In this document: in pieces, positions 26,396-40,499 of the stretch
Numbering within the stretch: the first letter of the stretch is position 1
Layout: every line of letters begins with the position of its first letter
NCBI RefSeq assembly: GCF_009914755.1
Contig: NC_060948.1
DNA: 64,000 nucleotides
Strand: one strand, 5' to 3'
From: the human T2T-CHM13v2.0 reference genome, Homo sapiens
The notes under the pieces: generated by a model
What the model was told of the DNA's origin: nothing
What the model saw: the letters and a program-made list of their open reading frames with translations, nothing else
The model's database searches: none
Program-made: the position numbers and the translations under genes

Positions 26396-29300
26396 CCTGG
26401 AATAAAGTGGAATGCTACGGTCTCGAATGGAATAAAAATGTATGGAATGGAATGCAAAGAAACGGAATCGAATGTCATAGAATGTAATGGAATGCAAAAA
26501 AATGGACCCCAAAATCATTGACTGGAAAGGCTGGGTGTCGAAAGGAATTGACTCCAATGGAATGGAATCGAATGGAATGGAAGTGAATAGAATCGAACTA
26601 AATCGAATGGAATGGAATTGATAGGAACGGAATGGAAAGGAATGAAATGATTTGGCATGGAATGGAATCGAATGGCATCGAATGGAATGGAATGGAATGC
26701 AATTCAATGGAATGTATTAGAATGTAATGAACTTTAATGGAATGTACTCGAATGGATTCGACTGGAATGGAATGTTCTGGAAGTGAATGGACTCCAATGG
26801 AATGGATTGAAAAGGAATGGAATCGTACGGAATGGAATCTAATGGAATGGAATTAAATGGAAATGAATCAAATTGAATAGCACGGAATTGAATTGAATGG
26901 AATCGAATGCAATGGAATCTAATGAAACGGAAAGGAAAGGAATGGAATGGAATGGAATGGGCTGGAATGGAAAGGAATCGAAACGAATGGAATGGAATCG
27001 AACTGAAGAGACTGGAATGGAATGCACTGGAATGGAAGGGAGTGTAATGGAAGGTTCTCGAAAAAAATGGAATCGAATGGAATGGAATTGAATGGAACGG
27101 AATAGAGTCGAATGGAATTGAATGGAATGGAATGGACTAGAGTGAAATGGAATCGAACCACAAGGAATGGACAGGAATAGAATGGTCTCGAATTGAATGG
27201 AATCGTATGGAATGGCATCAAACGGAATGGAATGGACAGCCACGGAATGGAATGCACTCGAATGCAATGGAGTCGAAACTAATGGACTGGAATAGAATGG
27301 ACTCGACTGGTACGGACTCCAATGGAATGAAATCGAATGGAAGGGAATCGAACGGAATGGACTCGAAGGGAAAAGACTGCAATGGAAAGGTCTCGAATGG
27401 AATGGAAATTAATGGAATGGAATGGAATCGAATGAAATGGAGTCAAAAGGAATGGAATCGAATGGCAAGAAATCGAATGTAATGGAATCGCAAGGAATTG
27501 ATGTGAACGGAACGGAATGGAATGGAATCCAAAGAAATGGAATAGAATGGAATGGAATCGAATGGAAAGGACTCGAATGGAAATCACTCGAATAGAATGC
27601 AATTTAATAAAATAGGATGAAATGTAATGGAATGGAATGGAAAGGAATCGAAACGAAAGGAATGGAGACAGATGGAATGGAATGGAACAGAGAGCAATGG
27701 TATAGAATGGAATGGAATCATCTGGAATGGAATTGAATGGAATGGAATAATATGAAATGGAATGGAATGGAATGGAATGCCCTTGAATTAAATGGACTGG
27801 AATGGAATGGACTCGAACAGAGTGGAATGGAAAGTGTTGAGATAGAATGGAATGGACTCCTTTGGAATGGTCTAGTATGCAATGCAATGGACTGGCAGGG
27901 AATCAAAAGGAATGTAATCGAATGGATTGGACTGGAATGCAATGGACTCGAATAGATTGGAAACGGAATGCAAAGGAATGGAATGGAATAGTATGGAATG
28001 GAATGGAAAGGAATGGAGTGGAATAGACTAGAGTGGAATGGAATGGACTCGAAAGCAATGGACTGGAATGGAACTTTCTTGAATGGACTGGAATCAAACG
28101 GAATGGAATGCAATGCAATCAAATGGCATGGAATAAAATAGAATGAAAGAGAATCAAATGGAATTGAATCGAATGCAATCGAATGGATTGGAAAGGAATA
28201 GAATGGAATGGAATGGAATTGACTCAAATGGAATGGACTAGAATGGAATGGATTCGAATGGAAGGCAAAGGAATGGAATCTATTGGAATGGACTGTAATG
28301 GAATGGAATGGAAGGGATTGGAATGGACTCGAATGGAATGGACTGCAATAGAAAGGATTCGAATGGAATGAAAAAGAATTGAATGGAATAGAACAGAATG
28401 GAATCAAATCGAATGAAATGGAATGGAATAGAAAGGAATGGAATGAAATGGAATGGAAAGGATTCGAATGGAATGCAATCGAATGGAATGGAATCGAACG
28501 GAATGGAATAAAATGGAAGCAAACTGGCAAGAAATGGAATCGAAATGAATGGAGTGTTATGGAACGGACTCAAAAGGAATTGAATGTAATAGAATGGAGT
28601 GGAGTGGACTCGAATATAATGGACTGGAATGGAATGAAATCACATGGAATGGGAACGAATGGAATGGAATGGAAAGGAATGGAATCGAATGGAAAGGAAT
28701 CGAATGGAAGGGAATGAAATTGAATCAACAGGAATGGAAGGGAATAGAATAGACGGTAATGGAATGGACTCGAATAGAATGGACACGAATGCTCAAATTG
28801 AATGGACTCGAATTGAATGGAAACGAAAGGAATGTCATCGAATGGAATTGAATCGATTGGAATGAAATCGCATAGAATGGAGTGGAATCAAATGGAATTG
28901 AATCGAAAGGAAAGGAAGCGAATGGACTGAAATGAAATGGAATGGAATTGAATGGAAAGTAAAGCAATGGAATAGAATGCAACGAAATTTCACGGAATGG
29001 AATCAAACTGAATGGAATCAAATCAATGGAATATAATCAAATGGAATGGAAAGGAATTGAATGGAGTAGATGGGATTGGATGGGATTGGAATGAAATGTA
29101 CTGGAAAGGACTCGAATTTCATGAAACGGAATGGAATGAATTGGAACGGAATGGACTCGAATGGAATGGAATGTCATGGAATGGCATCAAATGGAATGGC
29201 ATCAAATGGAATGGAATCGAATGCAATGGAATGCTATGGAATGGAATGGAATGCATTGGAATGGAATGTCCTCTAATGGAATGGATTCGAGTGGAATGGA

Positions 29301-29929
29301 ATCGAATATTATGGAGTCGAATGAAATGGAATTGAAAGGAATGGGATCGAATACAATGGAATATACTGGAATGTAATGTAATGAACTCGAATGTAATTGA
29401 CTGGAATGGAATGTACATGAATGGAATGTAATCGAATGGAAAGTAATCCAATGGAATAGAATCTAATGCAATAAAATCGACTCAGATAGAGTAGAATGTA
29501 ATGGAATGGAGTGCAGTGCAATGGAATGGAATGGAATGGAATGCAATGGAATGGAATGGAATGGGATGGAATGGTATGGAATGGATAGTAATGGACTGGA
29601 GTGAAATGGACTGGAAAGGAATGGACTCAAATTGAAAGGGCTCGAAAGGAATGGAGTCAAATGGAATGGTCTGGAATGGAATGAACACGAATGTAATGCA
29701 ATCCAATAGAATGGAATCGAATGGCATGGAATATAAAGAAATGGAATCGAAGAGAATGGAAACAAACGGAATGGAATTGAATGGAATGGAATTGAATGGA
29801 ATGGGAACGAATGGAGTGAAATTGTATGCAGTAGAAGAGAATAGAATGGAATGCAAGCGAAAGGAAAGGAATGGATTGGAATGGAATGGAATTCATTGGA
29901 ATGGAAGGGAATGTAGTGTAATGGACAGG
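26396..29929 (+). repeat. DYZ1 unit H8, 3534 bp
   Basis: GGCC at 26394 and 29928. Confidence 0.9.
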
Positions 29930-32900
29930 CCTGGAATAAAGTGGAATGCTACGGTCTCGAATGGAATAAAAATGTATGGAATGGAATGCAATGAAACGGA
30001 ATCGAATGTCATAGAATGTAATGGAATGCAAAAAAATGGACTCCAAAATCATTGACTGGAAAGGCTGGGTGTCGAAAGGAATTGACTCCAATGGAATGGA
30101 ATCGAATGGAATGGAAGTTAATAGAATCGAACTAAATCGAATGGAATGGAATTGATAGGAACGGAATGGAAAGGAATGAAATGATTTGGCATGGAATGGA
30201 ATCGAATGGCATCGAATGGAATGGAATGGAATGCAATGCAATGGAATGTATTAGAATGTAATGAACTTTAATGGAATGTACTCGAATGGATTCGACTGGA
30301 ATGGAATGTTCTGGAAGTGAATGGACTCCAATGCAATGGATTGAAAAGGAATGGAATCGTACGGAATGGAATCTAATGGAATGGAATTAAATGGAAATGA
30401 ATGAAATTGAATAGCACGGAATTGAATTGAATGGAATCGAATGCAATGGAATCTAATGAAACGGAAAGGAAAGGAATGGAATGGAATGGAATGGGCTGGA
30501 ATGGAAAGGAATCGAAACGAATGGAATGGAATCGAACTGAAGAGACTGGAATGGAATGCACTGGAATGGAAGTGAGTGTAATGGAATGTTCTCGAAAAAA
30601 ATGGAATCGAATGGAATGGAATTGAATGGAACGGAATAGAGTCGAATGGAATTGAATGGAATGGAATGGACTAGAGTGAAATGGAATCGAACCACAAGGA
30701 ATGGACAGGAATAGAATGGTCTCGAATTGAATGGAATCGTATGGAATGGCATCAAACGGAATGGAATGGACAGCCACGGAATGGAATGCACTCGAATGCA
30801 ATGGAGTCGAACCTAATGGACTGGAATAGAATGGACTCGACTGGTACGGACTCCAATGGAATGGAATCGAATGGAAGGGAATCGAACGGAATGGACTCGA
30901 AGGGAAAAGACTGCAATGGAAAGGTCTCGAATGGAATGGAAATTAATGGAATGGAATGGAATCGAATGAAATGGAGTCAAAAGGAATGGAATCGAATGGC
31001 AAGAAATCGAATGTAATGGAATCGCAAGGAATTGATGTGAACGGAACGGAATGGAATGGAATCCAAAGAAATGGAATAGAATGGAATGGAATCGAATGGA
31101 AAGAACTCGAATGGAAATCACTCGAATAGAATGCAATTTAATAAAATAGGATGAAATGTAATGGAATGGAATGGAAAGGAATCGAAACGAAAGGAATGGA
31201 GACAGATGGAATGGAATGGAACAGAGAGCAATGGTATAGAATGGAATGGAATCATCTGGAATGGAATTGAATGGAATGGAATAATATGAAATGGAATGGA
31301 ATGGAATGGAATGCCCTTGAATTAAATGGACTGGAATGGAATGGACTCGAACAGAGTGGAATGGAAAGTGTTGAGATAGAATGGAATGGACTCCTTTGGA
31401 ATGGTCTAGTATGCAATGCAATGGACTGGCAGGGAATCAAAAGGAATGTAATCGAATGGATTGGACTGGAATGCAATGGACTCGAATAGATTGGAAACGG
31501 AATGCAAAGGAATGGAATGGAATAGTATGGAATGGAATGGAAAGGAATGGAGTGGAATAGACTAGAGTGGAATGGAATGGACTCGAAAGCAATGGACTGG
31601 AATGGAACTTTCTTGAATGGACTGGAATCAAACGGAATGGAATGCAATGCAATCAAATGGCATGGAATAAAATAGAATGAAAGAGAATCAAATGGAATTG
31701 AATCGAATGCAATCGAATGGATTGGAAAGGAATAGAATGGAATGGAATGGAATTGACTCAAATGGAATGGACTAGAATGGAATGGATTCGAATGGAAGGC
31801 AAAGGAATGGAATCTATTGGAATGGACAGCAATGGAATGGAAAGGAAGGGATTGGAATGGACTCGAATGGAATGGACTGCAATAGAAAGGATTCGAATGG
31901 AATGAAAAAGAATTGAATGGAATAGAACAGAATGGAATCAAATCGAATGAAATGGAATGGAATAGAAAGGAATGGAATGAAATGGAATGGAAAGGATTCG
32001 AATGGAATGCAATCGAATGGAATGGAATCGAACGGAATGGAATAAAATGGAAGAAAACTGGCAAGAAATGGAATCAAAATGAATGGAGTGTTATGGAACG
32101 GACTCCAAAGGAATTGAATGTAATAGAATGGAGTGGAGTGGACTCGAATATAATGGACTGGAATGGAATGAAATCACATGGAATGGAAACGAATGGAATG
32201 GAATGGAAAGGAATGGAATCGAATGGAAAGGAATCGAATGGAAGGGAATGAAATTGAATCAACAGGAATGGAAGGGAATAGAATAGACGGTAATGGAATG
32301 GACTCGAATAGAATGGACACGAATGCTCAAATTGAATGGACTAGAATGGAATGGAAACGAAAGGAATGTCATCGAATGGAATTGAATCGATTGGAATGAA
32401 ATCGCATAGAATGGAGTGGAATCAAATGGAATTGAATCGAAAGGAAAGGAAGCGAATGGACTGAAATGAAATGGAATGGAATTGAATGGAAAGTAAAGCA
32501 ATGGAATAGAATGGAACGAAATTTCACGGAATGGAATCAAACTGAATGGAATCAAATCAATGGAATATAATCAAATGGAATGGAAAGGAATTGAATGGAG
32601 TAGATGGGATTGGATGGGATTGGAATGAAATGTACTGGAAAGGACTCGAATTTCATGAAACGGAATGGAATGAATTGGAACGGAATGGACTCGAATGGAA
32701 TGGAATGTCATGGAATGGCATCAAATGGAATGGAATCGAATGCAATGGAATGCTATGGAATGGAATGGAATGCATTGGAATGGAATGTCCTCTAATGGAA
32801 TGGATTCGAGTGGAATGGAATCGAATATAATGGAGTCGAATGAAATGGAATTGAAAGGAATGGGATCGAATACAATGGAATATACTGGAATGTAATGTAA

Positions 32901-33448
32901 TGAACTCGAATGTAATTGACTGGAATGGAATGTACATGAATGGAATGTAATCGAATGGAAAGTAATCCAATGGAATAGAATCTAATGCAATAAAATCGAC
33001 TCAGATAGAGTAGAATGTAATGGAATGGAGTGGAGTGCAATGGAATGGAATGGAATGGAATGCAATGGAATGGAATGGAATGGGATGGAATGGTATGGAA
33101 TGGATAGTAATGGACTGGAGTGAAATGGACTGGAAAGGAATGGACTCAAATTGAAAGGGCTCGAAAGGAATGGAGTCAAATGGAATGGTCTGGAATGGAA
33201 TGAACACGAATGTAATGCAATCCAATAGAATGGAATCGAATGGCATGGAATATAAAGAAATGGAATCGAAGAGAATGGAAACAAACGGAATGGAATTGAA
33301 TGGAATGGAATTGAATGGAATGGGAACGAATGGAGTGAAATTGTATGCAGTAGAAGAGAATAGAATGGAATGCAAGCGAAAGGAAAGGAATGGATTGGAA
33401 TGGAATGGAATTCATTGGAATGGAAGGGAATGTAGTGTAATGGACAGG
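29930..33448 (+). repeat. DYZ1 unit H9, 3519 bp (paralogue of H15)
   Basis: GGCC at 29928 and 33447; rare variants at 30119, 30573, 32076 and 32343 recur at +21110. Confidence 0.9.
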
Positions 33449-36400
33449 CCTGGAATAAAGTGGAATGCTACGGTCTCGAATGGAATAAAAATGTATGGAA
33501 TGGAATGCAATGAAACGGAATCGAATGTCATAGAATGTAATGGAATGCAAAAAAATGGACTCCAAAATCATTGACTGGAAAGGCTGGGTGTCGAAAGAAT
33601 TGACTCCAATGGAATGGAATCGAATGGAATGGAAGTGAATAGAATCGAACTAAATCGAATGGAATGGAATTGATAGGAACGGAATGGAAAGGAATGAAAT
33701 GATTTGGCATGGAATGGAATCGAATGGCATCGAATGGAATGGAATGGAATGCAATGCAATGGAATGTATTAGAATGTAATGAACTTTAATGGAATGTACT
33801 CGAATGGATTCGACTGGAATGGAATGTTCTGGAAGTGAATGGACTCCAATGGAATGGATTGAAAAGGAATGGAATCGTACGGAATGGAATCTAATGGAAT
33901 GGAATTAAATGGAAATGAATCAAATTGAATAGCACGGAATTGAATTGAATGGAATCGAATGCAATGGAATCTAATGAAACGGAAAGGAAAGGAATGGAAT
34001 GGAATGGAATGGGCTGGAATGGAAAGGAATCGAAACGAATGGAATGGAATCGAACTGAAGAGACTGGAATGGAATGCACTGGAATGGAAGGGAGTGTAAT
34101 GGAAGGTTCTCGAAAAAAATGGAATCGAATGGAATGGAATTGAATGGAACGGAATAGAGTCGAATGGAATTGAATGGAATGGAATGGACTAGAGTGAAAT
34201 GGAATCGAACCACAAGGAATGGACAGGAATAGAATGGTCTCGAATTGAATGGAATCGTATGGAATGGCATCAAACGGAATGGAATGGACAGCCACGGAAT
34301 GGAATGCACTCGAATGCAATGGAGTCGAAACTAATGGACTGGAATAGAATGGACTCGACTGGTACGGACTCCAATGGAATGGAATCGAATGGAAGGGAAT
34401 CGAACGGAATGGACTCGAAGGGAAAAGACTGCAATGGAAAGGTCTCGAATGGAATGGAAATTAATGGAATGGAATGGAATCGAATGAAATGGAGTCAAAA
34501 GGAATGGAATCGAATGGCAAGAAATCGAATGTAATGGAATCGCAAGGAATTGATGTGAACGGAACGGAATGGAATGGAATCCAAAGAAATGGAATAGAAT
34601 GGAATGGAATCGAATGGAAAGAACTCGAATGGAAATCACTCGAATAGAATGCAATTTAATAAAATAGGATGAAATGTAAGGGAATGGAATGGAAAGGAAT
34701 CGAAACGAAAGGAATGGAGACAGATGGAATGGAATGGAACAGAGAGCAATGGTATAGAATGGAATGGAATCATCTGGAATGGAATTGAATGGAATGGAAT
34801 AATATGAAATGGAATGGAATGGAATGGAATGCCCTTGAATTAAATGGACTGGAATGGAATGGACTCGAACAGAGTGGAATGGAAAGTGTTGAGATAGAAT
34901 GGAATGGACTCCTTTGGAATGGTCTAGTATGCAATGCAATGGACTGGCAGGGAATCAAAAGGAATGTAATCGAATGGATTGGACTGGAATGCAATGGACT
35001 CGAATAGATTGGAAACGGAATGCAAAGGAATGGAATGGAATAGTATGGAATGGAATGGAAAGGAATGGAGTGGAATAGACTAGAGTGGAATGGAATGGAC
35101 TCGAAAGCAATGGACTGGAATGGAACTTTCTTGAATGGACTGGAATCAAACGGAATGGAATGCAATGCAATCAAATGGCATGGAATAAAATAGAATGAAA
35201 GAGAATCAAATGGAATTGAATCGAATGCAATCGAATGGATTGGAAAGGAATAGAATGGAATGGAATGGAATTGACTCAAATGGAATGGACTAGAATGGAA
35301 TGGATTCGAATGGAAGGCAAAGGAATGGAATCTATTGGAATGGACAGCAATGGAATGGAAAGGAAGGGATTGGAATGGACTCGAATGGAATGGACTGCAA
35401 TAGAAAGGATTCGAATGGAATGAAAAAGAATTGAATGGAATAGAACAGAATGGAATCAAATCGAATGAAATGGAATGGAATAAATAGGAATGGAATGAAA
35501 TGGAATGGAAAGGATTCGAATGGAATGCAATCGAATGGAATGGAATCGAACGGAATGGAATAAAATGGAAGAAAACTGGCAAGAAATGGAATCGAAATGA
35601 ATGGAGTGTTATGGAACGGACTCCAAAGGAATTGAATGTAATAGAATGGAGTGGAGTGGACTCGAATATAATGGACTGGAATGGAATGAAATCACATGGA
35701 ATGGGAACGAATGGAATGGAATGGAAAGGAATGGAATCGAATGGAAAGGAATCGAATGGAAGGGAATGAAATTGAATCAACAGGAATGGAAGGGAATAGA
35801 ATAGACGGTAATGGAATGGACTCGAATAGAATGGACACGAATGCTCAAATTGAATGGACTCGAATGGAATGGAAACGAAAGGAATGTCATCGAATGGAAT
35901 TGAATCGATTGGAACGAAATCGCATAGAATGGAGTGGAATCAAATGGAATTGAATCGAAAGGAAAGGAAGCGAATGGACTGAAATGAAATGGAATGGAAT
36001 TGAATGGAAAGTAAAGCAATGGAATAGAATGGAACGAAATTTCACGGAATGGAATCAAACTGAATGGAATCAAATCAATGGAATATAATCAAATGGAATG
36101 GAAAGGAATTGAATGGAGTAGATGGGATTGGATGGGATTGGAATGAAATGTACTGGAAAGGACTCGAATTTCATGAAACGGAATGGAATGAATTGGAACG
36201 GAATGGACTCGAATGGAATGGAATGTCATGGAATGGCATCAAATGGAATGGAATTGAATGCAATGGAATGCTATGGAATGGAATGGAATGCATTGGAATG
36301 GAATGTCCTCTAATGGAATGGATTCGAGTGGAATGGAATCGAATATAATGGAGTCGAATGAAATGGAATTGAAAGGAATGGGATCGAATACAATGGAATA

Positions 36401-36966
36401 TACTGGAATGTAATGTAATGAACTCGAATGTAATTGACTGGAATGGAATGTACATGAATGGAATGTAATCGAATGGAAAGTAATCCAATGCAATAGAATC
36501 TAATGCAATAAAATCGACTCAGATAGAGTAGAATGTAATGGAATGGAGTGCAGTGCAATGGAATGGAATGGAATGGAATGCAATGGAATGGAATGGAATG
36601 GGATGGAATGGTATGGAATGGATAGTAATGGACTGGAGTGAAATGGACTGGAAAGGAATGGACTCAAATTGAAAGGGCTCGAAAGGAATGGAGTCAAATG
36701 GAATGGTCTGGAATGGAATGAACACGAATGTAATGCAATCCAATAGAATGGAATCGAATGGCATGGAATATAAAGAAATGGAATCGAAGAGAATGGAAAC
36801 AAACGGAATGGAATTGAATGGAATGGAATTGAATGGAATGGGAACGAATGGAGTGAAATTGTATGCAGTAGAAGAGAATAGAATGGAATGCAAGCGAAAG
36901 GAAAGGAATGGATTGGAATGGAATGGAATTCATGGGAATGGAAGGGAATGTAGTGTAATGGACAGG
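33449..36966 (+). repeat. DYZ1 unit H10, 3518 bp (paralogue of H16)
   Basis: GGCC at 33447 and 36965; 1-bp deletion at ~33597. Confidence 0.9.
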
Positions 36967-39900
36967 CCTGGAATAAAGTGGAATGCTACGGTCTCGAATG
37001 GAATAAAAATGTATGGAATGGAATGCAATGAAACGGAATCGAATGTCATAGAATGTAATGGAATGCAAAAAAATGGACTCCAAAATCATTGACTGGAAAG
37101 GCTGGGTGTCGAAAGAATTGACTCCAATGGAATGGAATCGAATGGAATGGAAGTGAATAGAATCGAACTAAATCGAATGGAATGGAATTGATAGGAACGG
37201 AATGGAAAGGAATGAAATGATTTGGCATGGAATGGAATCGAATGGCATCGAATGGAATGGAATGGAATGCAATGCAATGGAATGTATTAGAATGTAATGA
37301 ACTTTAATGGAATGTACTCGAATGGATTCGACTGGAATGGAATGTTCTGGAAGTGAATGGACTCCAATGGAATGGATTGAAAAGGAATGGAATCGTACGG
37401 AATGGAATCTAATGGAATGGAATTAAATGGAAATGAATGAAATTGAATAGCACGGAATTGAATTGAATGGAATCGAATGCAATGGAATCTAATGAAACGG
37501 AAAGGAAAGGAATGGAATGGAATGGAATGGGCTGGAATGGAAAGGAATCGAAACGAATGGAATGGAATCGAACTGAAGAGACTGGAATGGAATGCACTGG
37601 AATGGAAGGGAGTGTAATGGAAGGTTCTCGAAAAAAATGGAATCGAATGGAATGGAATTGAATGGAACGGAATAGAGTCGAATGGAATTGAATGGAATGG
37701 AATGGACTAGAGTGAAATGGAATCGAACCACAAGGAATGGACAGGAATAGAATGGTCTCGAATTGAATGGAATCGTATGGAATGGCATCAAACGGAATGG
37801 AATGGACAGCCACGGAATGGAATGCACTCGAATGCAATGGAGTCGAAACTAATGGACTGGAATAGAATGGACTCGACTGGTACGGACTCCAATGGAATGG
37901 AATCGAATGGAAGGGAATCGAACGGAATGGACTCGAAGGGAAAAGACTGCAATGGAAAGGTCTCGAATGGAATGGAAATTAATGGAATGGAATGGAATCG
38001 AATGAAATGGAGTCAAAAGGAATGGAATCGAATGGCAAGAAATCGAATGTAATGGAATCGCAAGGAATTGATGTGAACGGAACGGAATGGAATGGAATCC
38101 AAAGAAATGGAATAGAATGGAATGGAATCGAATGGAAAGAACTCGAATGGAAATCACTCGAATAGAATGCAATTTAATAAAATAGGATGAAATGTAACGG
38201 AATGGAATGGAAAGGAATCGAAACGAAAGGAATGGAGACAGATGGAATGGAATGGAACAGAGAGCAATGGTATAGAATGGAATGGAATCATCTGGAATGG
38301 AATTGAATGGAATGGAATAATATGAAATGGAATGGAATGGAATGGAATGCCCTTGAATTAAATGGACTGGAATGGAATGGACTCGAACAGAGTGGAATGG
38401 AAAGTGTTGAGATAGAATGGAATGGACTCCTTTGGAATGGTCTAGTATGCAATGCAATGGACTGGCAGGGAATCAAAAGGAATGTAATCGAATGGATTGG
38501 ACTGGAATGCAATGGACTCGAATAGATTGGAAACGGAATGCAAAGGAATGGAATGGAATAGTATGGAATGGAATGGAAAGGAATGGAGTGGAATAGACTA
38601 GAGTGGAATGGAATGGACTCGAAAGCAATGGACTGGAATGGAACTTTCTTGAATGGACTGGAATCAAACGGAATGGAATGCAATGCAATCAAATGGCATG
38701 GAATAAAATAGAATGAAAGAGAATCAAATGGAATTGAATCGAATGCAATCGAATGGATTGGAAAGGAATAGAATGGAATGGAATGGAATTGACTCAAATG
38801 GAATGGACTAGAATGGAATGGATTCGAATGGAAGGCAAAGGAATGGAATCTATTGGAATGGACAGCAATGGAATGGAAAGGAAGGGATTGGAATGGACTC
38901 GAATGGAATGGACTGCAATAGAAAGGATTCGAATGGAATGAAAAAGAATTGAATGGAATAGAACAGAATGGAATCAAATCGAATGAAATGGAATGGAATA
39001 AATAGGAATGGAATGAAATGGAATGGAAAGGATTCGAATGGAATGCAATCGAATGGAATGGAATCGAACGGAATGGAATAAAATGGAAGAAAACTGGCAA
39101 GAAATGGAATCGAAATGAATGGAGTGTTATGGAACGGACTCCAAAGGAATTGAATGTAATAGAATGGAGTGGAGTGGACTCGAATATAATGGACTGGAAT
39201 GGAATGAAATCACATGGAATGGGAACGAATGGAATGGAATGGAAAGGAATGGAATCGAATGGAAAGGAATCGAATGGAAGGGAATGAAATTGAATCAACA
39301 GGAATGGAAGGGAATAGAATAGACGGTAATGGAATGGACTCGAATAGAATGGACACGAATGCTCAAATTGAATGGACTCGAATGGAATGGAAAGGAAAGG
39401 AATGTCATCGAATGGAATTGAATCGATTGGAACGAAATCGCATAGAATGGAGTGGAATCAAATGGAATTGAATCGAAAGGAAAGGAAGCGAATGGACTGA
39501 AATGAAATGGAATGGAATTGAATGGAAAGTAAAGCAATGGAATAGAATGGAACGAAATTTCACGGAATGGAATCAAACTGAATGGAATCAAATCAATGGA
39601 ATATAATCAAATGGAATGGAAAGGAATTGAATGGAGTAGATGGGATTGGATGGGATTGGAATGAAATGTACTGGAAAGGACTCGAATTTCATGAAACGGA
39701 ATGGAATGAATTGGAACGGAATGGACTCGAATGGAATGGAATGTCATGGAATGGCATCAAATGGAATGGCATCAAATGGAATGGAATCGAATGCAATGGA
39801 ATGCTGTGGAATGGAATGGAATGCATTGGAATGGAATGTCCTCTAATGGAATGGATTCGAGTGGAATGGAATCGAATATAATGGAGTCGAATGAAATGGA

Positions 39901-40499
39901 ATTGAAAGGAATGGGATCGAATACAATGGAATATACTGGAATGTAATGTAATGAACTCGAATGTAATTGACTGGAATGGAATGTACATGAATGGAATGTA
40001 ATCGAATGGAAAGTAATCCAATGGAATAGAATCTAATGCAATAAAATCGACTCAGATAGAGTAGAATGTAATGGAATGGAGTGCAGTGCAATGGAATGGA
40101 ATGGAATGGAATGCAATGGAATGGAATGGAATGGGATGGAATGGTATGGAATGGATAGTAATGGACTGGAGTGAAATGGACTGGAAAGGAATGGACTCAA
40201 ATTGAAAGGGCTCGAAAGGAATGGAGTCAAATGGAATGGTCTGGAATGGAATGAACACGAATGTAATGCAATCCAATAGAATGGAATCGAATGGCATGGA
40301 ATATAAAGAAATGGAATCGAAGAGAATGGAAACAAACGGAATGGAATTGAATGGAATGGAATTGAATGGAATGGGAACGAATGGAGTGAAATTGTATGCA
40401 GTAGAAGAGAATAGAATGGAATGCAAGCGAAAGGAAAGGAATGGATTGGAATGGAATGGAATTCATGGGAATGGAAGGGAATGTAGTGTAATGGACAGG
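36967..40499 (+). repeat. DYZ1 unit H11, 3533 bp (paralogue of H17)
   Basis: GGCC at 36965 and 40498; 1-bp deletion and two 15-bp modules. Confidence 0.9.
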
